A DNA stretch of 64,000 bases from a virus (lineage: Duplodnaviria > Caudoviricetes): IMG/VR virus record IMGVR_UViG_3300042539_001740; one strand, 5' to 3'. Below are positions 25,796 to 33,997 of the stretch, piece after piece. A program made the translations under genes and the position numbers. Position 1 is the first letter of the stretch. The number at the start of each line of letters is the position of its first letter. A model generated the notes under the pieces. The model saw nothing but the letters and a program-made list of their open reading frames with translations, did not search any database and was not told the origin of the DNA.

Positions 25796-27346
25796 ATGGC
25801 TGAAGAAAAAAACATTTTAGAAGAGGCAATCATTCAAATGAAAAATTTGGAAGAAGCGGTTGCTGAGAATGCAAAAGGAATACTTGGTTCAGTAATGAGA
25901 CAAGAAATCAAGGAATTAGTAAAAGAATCTCTTAACGAACAAGAAGACGAAGAAGAGGTTGATTCAGAAGAAGAAGAATCTGACATTGCTGATGTTGAAT
26001 TCGATGACGAAATGGATGATGAAGACATGGAAGACGAAATGGACGATGAAGACGAAATGGATGATGAAGACATGGAAGACGAAATGGATGATGAAGACAT
26101 GGAATTTGAAGACGATGAAGAAATGGAAGATGATGAAGATGTTACAATTGATTTAACAAATGAACCAATCGAAAACGTAATGAAAGTATTTTCAAGAATG
26201 AAAGATACTGACAAAATATCGGTGGTTGAAGATGGTGAAGGTAACATTGAACTATCTGATGATGAGACTAATAAAGAGTATTACATTGTACGTGAAGGGT
26301 TAGATATGGATGAAGAAATGTATGAAATGGATGAACCAATCTATGAACTCGAAATGGAAACTGACGAAGAAATGGATGACATGGATATGATGGAAATGGA
26401 TGACATAGATATGATGGAAATGGATGACATGGATATGATGGAAATGGATGACATGGATATGATGGAAATGGATGAACCAATCTATGAAATCGAAATGGAC
26501 GAGGAAATGGATGATTCTATGGACGAGGAAATGGATGATTTAATGGAAGCAAAGAAAGCCAGAAAACCGAAAGGAGTTGGTATTGGACACGGACCTAAAT
26601 TTAACTATGGAAAGGTTATGGACTTCCCAACAAAGAAAATGAAAAAGGGTGATGAAGCACCATATACTGGTAAAGGACCGAAGTATGAATTCGACAAAAA
26701 ATCACCAAGTTTACAAGGTGAATTTAAGGAGGGTAAATATGGTATGAACAAAGGCGATAAATCAAAAACTCACAAAGGTGAAGAAGATTATACCGGAAAA
26801 AAAGGTATGAAATCAAAAACTCACAAAGGTTCAGATTTTGAAAAAAGGGAAACTAAAGAAGCTTCAAGAACACTAGGTAATGGTAAATATTGGGGTAGAG
26901 AAGGTCTTCCAAAACCAAAAGCAGCACCACGTCATATCAGAAAAGAATCTATCGAATCTCAAGAAGTAAATTTACTTAGAGAAAAAAATGAGGAATACAG
27001 AAAAGCATTAAACGTTTTCAGAAATAAATTAAATGAAGTTGCAATATTTAATTCAAACTTAGCTTATGCGACAAGATTGTTTACAGAACATTCAACTTCA
27101 AAACAAGAAAAAATTAACATTCTGAAAAGATTTGATGGTGTAGAAACTCTTAAAGAATCAAAAAATCTTTACAAAATTATTAAAGACGAATTAACTCCTT
27201 CTACAGGAAAACAAGTTAATGAATCAATCGAAAGAACAATTCAAAAAAGTCCTTCAAATGGTTCATCAATTAACTTGATTGAGTCAAAAACTTACGAAAA
27301 TCCTCAATTCCTTAGAATGAAAGATTTAATGTCAAAATTAAAATAA
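25796..27346 (+). CDS. Prohead scaffold/core protein (gp22-like) with D/E/M repeats
   Basis: Directly before the capsid gene; acidic low-complexity region, coiled-coil C-terminus, many L-x-E sites. Confidence 0.75.
   Translation: MAEEKNILEEAIIQMKNLEEAVAENAKGILGSVMRQEIKELVKESLNEQEDEEEVDSEEEESDIADVEFDDEMDDEDMEDEMDDEDEMDDEDMEDEMDDEDMEFEDDEEMEDDEDVTIDLTNEPIENVMKVFSRMKDTDKISVVEDGEGNIELSDDETNKEYYIVREGLDMDEEMYEMDEPIYELEMETDEEMDDMDMMEMDDIDMMEMDDMDMMEMDDMDMMEMDEPIYEIEMDEEMDDSMDEEMDDLMEAKKARKPKGVGIGHGPKFNYGKVMDFPTKKMKKGDEAPYTGKGPKYEFDKKSPSLQGEFKEGKYGMNKGDKSKTHKGEEDYTGKKGMKSKTHKGSDFEKRETKEASRTLGNGKYWGREGLPKPKAAPRHIRKESIESQEVNLLREKNEEYRKALNVFRNKLNEVAIFNSNLAYATRLFTEHSTSKQEKINILKRFDGVETLKESKNLYKIIKDELTPSTGKQVNESIERTIQKSPSNGSSINLIESKTYENPQFLRMKDLMSKLK
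26008..26540 (+). repeat. Coding microrepeats MDDEDMEDE and MDDMDMMEM
   Basis: Repeated gaaatggatgatgaagacatggaagac and atggatgacatggatatgatggaa units. Confidence 0.85.
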
Positions 27347-27382
27347 ACAATAAACTGCAAACTAAACTAAAAAAAATAGAAA

Positions 27383-29251
27383 ATGGGAGCATTATTAGAA
27401 TCGGGTCTTGTTGGTAATATTGGTTTGAAACACCTTAAAGTTATCAAAGAAGATACTATCAACAAATGGGATAAATTAGGATTCCTTGAAGGTCTTAGAG
27501 GCCACCTAAAAGAAAACGTAGCTCAGTTATATGAAAACCAAGCTTCTTTCTTAATCAATGAAGCAACTTCTGATGGAAGTTCAGGTTCTTTCGAAACTGT
27601 TGTATTTCCTATCGTAAGAAGAGTTTTCTCTAAATTGTTAGCTAACGATATCGTATCTGTACAAGCTATGAACTTACCTATTGGTAAATTGTTCTACTTC
27701 GTACCTAAAATCCAAGGTTACACTGGTGCTACTTACCCTTCAGGTAACTTCAATGCTGGTGATAGTGGTCAACACTACGCACCTGTAGGAAGTCCTGGTA
27801 ACTATCCTGGTGATACAAGTGCTGGTTATGGTACAAGTACTGGTGCTTATGCAAAAAATCTTTATGATTTATTCTATGAAGGTAATGAAGCTGCTTTAGA
27901 CCCTCCTGGTTTATTTGATTATTCAAAAGGTCGTTGGTCTGCTATTACTCAAACAGCTACTGTTCAAGTTTGGAGTAGTGGATTACTTACTGATGCAACA
28001 TCTCAATATCCAGCAACAACTAACGTAAGAAAAGTAATTATCAAAATGTGTGGATTTGCTGACACTGGTGTTGGTAAACTTATTGCACCTGATGGTAATG
28101 AAATTGATACTGAGGCATTCTTATCTGATTTAAGAGTATATGCAACAGCCGCTCAAGCATCTTCACCTTTCAGTGCAACAACTCCTTGTAATGTTATTTA
28201 CAATGCTGCTGGTACAAGAAACTCATTATTATTCCGTGTTGTAACTCAACAATATGGTAAAGGTATCGTTTCTCCAACTTCAACTAATACTAAAACTACT
28301 TGGCCTTCAAATGGTGGTGGTACTTACAATGACATTTGTAGTCAAGATGGTTGTATCTACTTAGAGGTAGACCTTTCTTGTCCAATATGTGCTGATTGTG
28401 GTTCTGACTCTTTAGATGGTTACACAGGTACAACTTTGACTGGTACACTTTCAGGTACTGCATTCACAACAGTATTTAGAAGATACGAAGAATTAGAATT
28501 TGAAGACAAAATTGGTGAAGTTTCTTTCGACCTTGAATCAGTAACTGTTTCTGTAACTGAAAGAAAATTAAGAGCTCAATGGTCTCCTGAATTAGCACAA
28601 GACGTTGCTGCATTCCACAACATCGATGCTGAAGCTGAATTAACTGCTCTTCTTTCTGAGCAAGTTGCAGCTGAAATCGATAGAGAAATCCTACGTGACC
28701 TTAGAAAAGGTGCTGCTTGGAATCTAAGATGGGATTACAACGGATGGAGAAGAATTAGTGCTACTACTTCTTACACTCAAAAAGATTGGAATCAAACGTT
28801 GATTACTGCTATCAACCAACTTTCTGCTCAAATCCACAAATCAACTCTTAGAGGTGGTGCTAACTGGATTGTTGTGTCTTCTGAGGTTTCTGCAATCTTT
28901 GATGACTTGGAATACTTCCACGTATCAAATGCTTCTCCTGACCAAGACCAATACAATATGGGTATTGAAAGAGTAGGTACATTAGCAGGTAGATACCAAG
29001 TATATCGTGACCCTTACTTCCCACCTAACCAAGTGTTAATTGGACACAAAGGTACGTCACTTCTTGATACTGGTTACATCTATGCTCCGTATGTTCCACT
29101 TCAATTGACTCCAACAATGTATAATCCATTCAACTTTACACCAATCAAAGGTATCATGACTAGATACGCTAAAAAAATGGTGAACAACAGGTTCTATGGA
29201 AGAATTACAGTTGATGGTGTTAGAACATTCGACTTACAAGAATTGAGATAA
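27383..29251 (+). CDS. gp23: Major capsid protein (T4 gp23-like) with large Cys-rich insertion
   Basis: VSVQAMNLPIG, RKLRAQWSPELAQD, DAEAELTALL, IYAPYVPLQ, GIMTRYA. Confidence 0.96.
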   Translation: MGALLESGLVGNIGLKHLKVIKEDTINKWDKLGFLEGLRGHLKENVAQLYENQASFLINEATSDGSSGSFETVVFPIVRRVFSKLLANDIVSVQAMNLPIGKLFYFVPKIQGYTGATYPSGNFNAGDSGQHYAPVGSPGNYPGDTSAGYGTSTGAYAKNLYDLFYEGNEAALDPPGLFDYSKGRWSAITQTATVQVWSSGLLTDATSQYPATTNVRKVIIKMCGFADTGVGKLIAPDGNEIDTEAFLSDLRVYATAAQASSPFSATTPCNVIYNAAGTRNSLLFRVVTQQYGKGIVSPTSTNTKTTWPSNGGGTYNDICSQDGCIYLEVDLSCPICADCGSDSLDGYTGTTLTGTLSGTAFTTVFRRYEELEFEDKIGEVSFDLESVTVSVTERKLRAQWSPELAQDVAAFHNIDAEAELTALLSEQVAAEIDREILRDLRKGAAWNLRWDYNGWRRISATTSYTQKDWNQTLITAINQLSAQIHKSTLRGGANWIVVSSEVSAIFDDLEYFHVSNASPDQDQYNMGIERVGTLAGRYQVYRDPYFPPNQVLIGHKGTSLLDTGYIYAPYVPLQLTPTMYNPFNFTPIKGIMTRYAKKMVNNRFYGRITVDGVRTFDLQELR

Positions 29252-29275
29252 TCAATCTTAGTTAATATTGACGAG

Positions 29276-29304
29276 AGGGACAAGTTTTTGTCCCTTTTTT
29301 TTTT
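29276..29304 (+). terminator. Rho-independent terminator after capsid gene
   Basis: AGGGACAA-GTTT-TTGTCCCT followed by a long T run. Confidence 0.85.
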
Positions 29305-29348
29305 ATTGATTATTGAAATAATCAACTTTATGTTTATATTTATCTTAT

Positions 29349-30029
29349 ATGAAAAAGATACAATTAGATAAACAAATAGTTAACGAAATAATAAGGTTAT
29401 ACAATGACGAAATGTTGGGTAGTCCCAGTATATCCGAAAGATTGGGTATTAATAAACATATTGTATTACGTATATTAAAAGAAAACAATGTGAAAGTTGG
29501 TGTCCCTGGTAAAAAGTTCAAAGGAGGTAAAAAAGCCACATATAAAAGAACTTATGAAAAATACAAAGAGAAGAAAACGATTTATCACAAAGAATGGCAA
29601 AAAAATAATAGGGATAAATTAAATTCATATCATAAAGAATGGAGAGAAAATAATATTAATAAACATCGAGAAAAAAAACGAGAATATCAAAAACACAAAA
29701 GACATACTGACCCAATTTATAAACTCATCTCTAACTTTAGAACTGCAATATACATAGTACTTAAAGAAAACAATTTACAGAAGTACGGACACTACTTTGA
29801 TATCTTGGGTTACTCACCTGAGGAACTTATTGTACATTTACAAAAACAATTTAACGATGGGATGAATTGGGATAACTATGGTGAGTGGCATATTGACCAT
29901 ATTAAACCAATATCATCGTTTATATTTGAGAGTAGTGGAGATGATGAGTTTAAGAAGTGTTGGTCGTTAGAAAATCTTCAACCAATGTGGGGAATAGAAA
30001 ATATTAAAAAGGGTAACAAGTTTTCATAG
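29349..30029 (+). mobile_element. Free-standing HNH homing endonuclease
   Basis: N-terminal HTH; C-terminal WHIDHIKPISSF...CWSLENLQPMWGIENIKKGN. Confidence 0.8.
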
Positions 30030-30058
30030 ATTAATGATATTTATAAAGAAAGATTTTT

Positions 30059-30541
30059 ATGAATAAGAAGTTATATTTTTTGAATGAATCCGAAAGAGAA
30101 AGGATTTTGAATTTACACGAAAACAGAACCAAAAAACAATATCTGACTGAAAATATCTTTTCCGACTTATTTAAAACTTTAGGAACAGGTATTATTACAA
30201 CAGGTTGGGAAAAATTTCCGTGTGTTGTACAATCTAAAAATGTTAAACCAATTTTAAGAAAGGATAATACAGTTATGTATGATGGAAGTGGTTTTTTATG
30301 GTTTGGGAATGGTAGAAGGATGAATAAAACAACTAAAGAAATGTCAACTTATTATTGTGGTACTGATGGAAAGATACAGATTACACCAGTAACAAGTGGA
30401 ACTAATATTATTGGAATGGGGAAAGTCATAAATAGTGTAAAACCACAAATACCTGAAGTTTTAAAACTTGCAGGTTTGAGTGGTACCGATTTAAGTCAGG
30501 AAAACATAAACAAACTTTATGATATATTATCAAAGAAATAG
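30059..30541 (+). CDS. Hypothetical protein with N-terminal LNESERERILNLH motif
   Basis: ORF track; TATTTAT at 30038. Confidence 0.7.
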   Translation: MNKKLYFLNESERERILNLHENRTKKQYLTENIFSDLFKTLGTGIITTGWEKFPCVVQSKNVKPILRKDNTVMYDGSGFLWFGNGRRMNKTTKEMSTYYCGTDGKIQITPVTSGTNIIGMGKVINSVKPQIPEVLKLAGLSGTDLSQENINKLYDILSKK

Positions 30542-30544
30542 AAT

Positions 30545-30955
30545 ATGAAACAAATAAGAATTGATAAAAATGATAAATTAAGAATATTAAGTTTACATAA
30601 CAAAAATATTTTGGCTGAACAAACAACAGAAAATAAATCTATCGCAGATATTCAAAAACTTTTGGGGTTAAAAGATGATAATCAGTTCGGGCCACAAACC
30701 TTAGCCGCAATTAAAACTAAGTTAGGACAACCTGATAAAGTGACAACAACACCTACTATAACGACAAGTTCTACTGAGACAACTAAAACAGATTTACCAA
30801 GTGACTTTGGACAAATTAAACCAATAGAAATGTCACAAATGAAAGTTGGGGCATTAACTACTGATGGTGGTAAAGTGACTGGGGTCGCAACTTCAACAGT
30901 TCAAGGTAAACCTGAGGAAAATGCTTCAGATGCTATAGATTCTAAGAATCCTTAG
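30545..30955 (+). CDS. Protein with peptidoglycan-binding-like motif and Thr-rich tail
   Basis: IQKLLGLKDDNQFGPQTLAAIK resembles PG_binding_1; N-terminal DKLRILSLH motif. Confidence 0.55.
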   Translation: MKQIRIDKNDKLRILSLHNKNILAEQTTENKSIADIQKLLGLKDDNQFGPQTLAAIKTKLGQPDKVTTTPTITTSSTETTKTDLPSDFGQIKPIEMSQMKVGALTTDGGKVTGVATSTVQGKPEENASDAIDSKNP

Positions 30956-31166
30956 TTTCTTTACTGGAGAGTATTCTAATAGATTTTGAAATTACTTCAA
31001 CTTCACCAATTGAATATACACCTGACATATATGCGTATTTTACAGCTTGTACTAACATAAAGATTGCTTGTTCTCTATCCATTACATCGAGTAATGTTTG
31101 TAAGTGGTCATCAGTTAATAAAGGAACACTATTAAATAATTTACCGAATAATTCTTTTTCTTCCAT
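30942..31166 (-). CDS. Hypothetical protein (likely start ATG 31166)
   Basis: MEEKELFGKLF... Confidence 0.65.
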   Translation of the reverse strand: MEEKELFGKLFNSVPLLTDDHLQTLLDVMDREQAIFMLVQAVKYAYMSGVYSIGEVEVISKSIRILSSKETKDS

Positions 31167-31181
31167 AAAAATAATATACAA

Positions 31182-32120
31182 ATGATAGATAAGATTGTCA
31201 AGAAATTAAAACAAGAGATTTTAAAAGAAGCCACTTCAGATTCAAGTGGAGCTCGTGGTTCATTTGTTGTACCATTGAGACCAGGAAAAAGAATATTTGA
31301 TAAATCACAACTTGCACCTTTTAATGAACCCGCATCCAAATATTTTAGTCAGAAATTGGCAACAGATAGTTATGATGGGTCAATGGAGACACCAAAAAAA
31401 GAAATAAAAAAATTAGAATCAATCGCAAAAAAGGTATCAATATATGCAAAAAATAATCCTGTAAGAAATGATGATGATGGTGATGTAATTAATCCATTTC
31501 CAGGTCACAAAATCAAAAGACCATCAAAAAATGAAATTAACCAACCATTCAACAAAACAATTAAAGAGGTAACCTCAGGTTATGGTGGTGAGTACAATGC
31601 ACCCATAGAATTGGGTATGAAAAAATGGAAAAAAGAATCTTTAGCCCCATTTACAGAATTTGTTGATACTGAAGTTAATAACAAAAGTATTAAATCAACT
31701 ACCAAGGATAATATCAAACGTGTAGTTGGAATGTGGGAAAAGGGTAATGACAATACTTACAAGATTGATACCCACAATGTTCACACAATGAATGAATGGA
31801 GTTATGAAGAAGCCCCAATTTTGACTGAAGATTTGGCCGTATGGTTTGGAACAAAGAAAAAACCCAAGGGGTCAAAACAACCTAAAGGACCTTGGGTTAA
31901 CATATGTAGAAAAGTAGATGGTAAACATCCTCCTTGTGGAAGAAGTGAAGCTGATACAAAAGGATATCCCAAATGTAGAGCAGCTGGTGTTGCTGGTAAA
32001 ATGAGCGCATCTCAGAAACAAGCAGCTTGTGCTCAGAAACGTAGGGCTGAAAAGAAAGACCCAAAGTTAGGTACTGGTAACAAACCTACGATGACATCAT
32101 ACAAACCAAAGAAAAAATAA
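31182..32120 (+). CDS. Head-type protein with basic Cys-containing C-terminal domain
   Basis: LTE-DLAVWF...PWVNIC...HPPCGR...GYPKCR. Confidence 0.7.
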   Translation: MIDKIVKKLKQEILKEATSDSSGARGSFVVPLRPGKRIFDKSQLAPFNEPASKYFSQKLATDSYDGSMETPKKEIKKLESIAKKVSIYAKNNPVRNDDDGDVINPFPGHKIKRPSKNEINQPFNKTIKEVTSGYGGEYNAPIELGMKKWKKESLAPFTEFVDTEVNNKSIKSTTKDNIKRVVGMWEKGNDNTYKIDTHNVHTMNEWSYEEAPILTEDLAVWFGTKKKPKGSKQPKGPWVNICRKVDGKHPPCGRSEADTKGYPKCRAAGVAGKMSASQKQAACAQKRRAEKKDPKLGTGNKPTMTSYKPKKK

Positions 32121-32555
32121 TTATTTAGAAGGGGTTAAATCAGATAGTGATTTAACCTTTTTTATTATGTTTTCTAATGAGTGTTCTATTTGTGACATTA
32201 TTTGGTCTTCGTACTCTTGTCTAATTGTTTCCACTTTTCCATCATACATTTTTGATAATCTTTCCCAATTTCTATCACCAACAACAACATCATAGTGGTA
32301 CACGTGATTTGTGATACTGATTGTTCCGTGGTCTAAGATGCAAAACAAATCTAATTCTGCATTTTTGATATAACGTTTTCCACTTAAAGGTGCTAACAAG
32401 AATTTTGATTCGGGATGTGTAATAAGTGAACGAGCAATTGACATACACATTTTTTGGGTTTCTGAGATTTTTTCTTTTTTGGCTACACTTTTACTATTCC
32501 AAGTTAACCATTTGACATAGATTCTTTTTGTGATTCGTTTGATGAACTTTTCCAT
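32121..32555 (-). CDS. Hypothetical protein under a host-type promoter
   Basis: ORF track; promoter at 32582-32612. Confidence 0.7.
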   Translation of the reverse strand: MEKFIKRITKRIYVKWLTWNSKSVAKKEKISETQKMCMSIARSLITHPESKFLLAPLSGKRYIKNAELDLFCILDHGTISITNHVYHYDVVVGDRNWERLSKMYDGKVETIRQEYEDQIMSQIEHSLENIIKKVKSLSDLTPSK

Positions 32556-32581
32556 ATGATTGTTTATTTTTTGATTGAGTA

Positions 32582-32612
32582 CAAATATATGGATAGGTTT
32601 TGATAAAACAAA
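32582..32612 (-). promoter_or_regulatory. Bacteroidota housekeeping-sigma promoter
   Basis: Minus strand TTTG-N19-TATATTTG. Confidence 0.65.
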
Positions 32613-32613
32613 A

Positions 32614-32642
32614 AAAAAGGTAGAAAATAATTCTACCTTTTT
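32614..32642 (-). terminator. Terminator hairpin
   Basis: AAAAAGGTAGAA-AATAA-TTCTACCTTTTT. Confidence 0.75.
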
Positions 32643-32655
32643 AATAATTTATAAT

Positions 32656-33120
32656 TTAACAATAAGGTGGGGAACAACGTTTCTTTCCATCTAATCCTTT
32701 CATTTTACCTTTACAAACTTGAACGGCAAAACCGTTCGCATAAGCGGAGGGGTACACTTTGAATTTGGATTTAGCTGCAGCTTTTCCTCGACTACATAGT
32801 TTTGTACCAGTTTTCTTTTTCCCTTCCATCATAACCATTTCTTCGTCTTCTTCATAGTCATCATATTGAGTTTCATTCATCATAAAATCAAATACCTGAC
32901 TTAGATTTTCTTTTGCTACTGTTATATGGTCATCAGCCCAATCGTGACCACCTTTTAGGATAGCTTCAACTTCCATAGGGTCTAACTCTAATAATAATTG
33001 AGCTTGTCTTATCATTTGTTCTAAGTTTGAAAAGAACATATAGTTTTGGATTTGTCCATAATCCTTTTCATTAACTATTTTTTTAACTAAGTTGTTAAGT
33101 TGTGATTCTGTAATTCTCAT
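32656..33120 (-). CDS. Protein with N-terminal ITESQLNNLVKKIVNE motif and basic C-terminal YPSAYANG domain
   Basis: KLCSRGKAAAKSKFKVYPSAYANGFAVQVCKG...CSPPYC. Confidence 0.75.
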   Translation of the reverse strand: MRITESQLNNLVKKIVNEKDYGQIQNYMFFSNLEQMIRQAQLLLELDPMEVEAILKGGHDWADDHITVAKENLSQVFDFMMNETQYDDYEEDEEMVMMEGKKKTGTKLCSRGKAAAKSKFKVYPSAYANGFAVQVCKGKMKGLDGKKRCSPPYC

Positions 33121-33126
33121 ATTTTT

Positions 33127-33312
33127 TTAATTATTTAATCCATTAGGTCCTCCCAAAACAACTGCGTTCATTTGGATGACAGGTTTATTTTGGGCATCAG
33201 ACCAAACTGGATGAGGTGTTTGGACTGTACGAGTAGTACCAGAACACTCAACACAAAGTAAATATTCTGTGTTTGCACTTGTGGCACTTAATGGGTAAGT
33301 ATATGTAGGCAT
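33127..33312 (-). CDS. Small CxxC protein, paralogue of the C-terminus of 33338-33979
   Basis: CVEC...PHPVWSDAQNKPVIQMNAVVLGGPNGLNN. Confidence 0.75.
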   Translation of the reverse strand: MPTYTYPLSATSANTEYLLCVECSGTTRTVQTPHPVWSDAQNKPVIQMNAVVLGGPNGLNN

Positions 33313-33337
33313 ATTTTTTATTTATAAATATCGTTGT

Positions 33338-33979
33338 TTAATTATTAAGACCATTATGTCCTCCTAATGTTACTGCATTTAGTTGTATTACTGCTTGTCC
33401 TTGACCATTTGTCCAAGTTGGGTGTGGTGCTGTAACGGTCGTAGTTGTATATCCACTTCCATCGTAACACACATTACAAATAGCCGATTCCGTACCTGCT
33501 GAAAAACCATATAAACAAGTGTCACAATCAGGAAAAGACGCTGTACTAAGAAACTCTAATGTATAGAAAGTAGTAAGAAGATAATCCTCAAGTGAAATTT
33601 GACCAAAGGTTCTGACTTTGAAACAACCAACAAAACTATCATATCTACCTGTTGCTCTAATAAAATAAGCACTCTCAATAGTTGGAATTTCCCCAAATTC
33701 TGATATGTCAACAGACAAAATGGTTGCACTATCACAAGATTCTAATTGAACAATCGTATAATTATTAACTAAACATTCATAACAAGAATTATATATTGTA
33801 TTTGCAGTAATTGATGCCATAGGGTCATCAACATCTGTTATTGTTAAACAAACCCTCGTTGCTAAATTTGGGTCTGGGTCATTCCACGCTGATACTATAT
33901 CACCATTTACCAATGCTAATCCATTGAAAAAAACTGAATCTGTACTTAATATATCCTGACACTGAATACTATTTGCCAT
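33338..33979 (-). CDS. Cys-rich putative virion protein
   Basis: CYEC, CDTC, CNVC; ends PHPTWTNGQGQAVIQLNAVTLGGHNGLNN. Confidence 0.75.
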   Translation of the reverse strand: MANSIQCQDILSTDSVFFNGLALVNGDIVSAWNDPDPNLATRVCLTITDVDDPMASITANTIYNSCYECLVNNYTIVQLESCDSATILSVDISEFGEIPTIESAYFIRATGRYDSFVGCFKVRTFGQISLEDYLLTTFYTLEFLSTASFPDCDTCLYGFSAGTESAICNVCYDGSGYTTTTVTAPHPTWTNGQGQAVIQLNAVTLGGHNGLNN

Positions 33980-33997
33980 ATTTTTTAGTTATAATAA

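Noticed and set aside
25834-26480. Antisense and alternate-frame ORFs rich in Ser or Met/Lys/Trp (25834-26247, 25959-26156, 26268-26480)
   Set aside because: Shadows of the acidic repeats in the scaffold gene, not independent genes.
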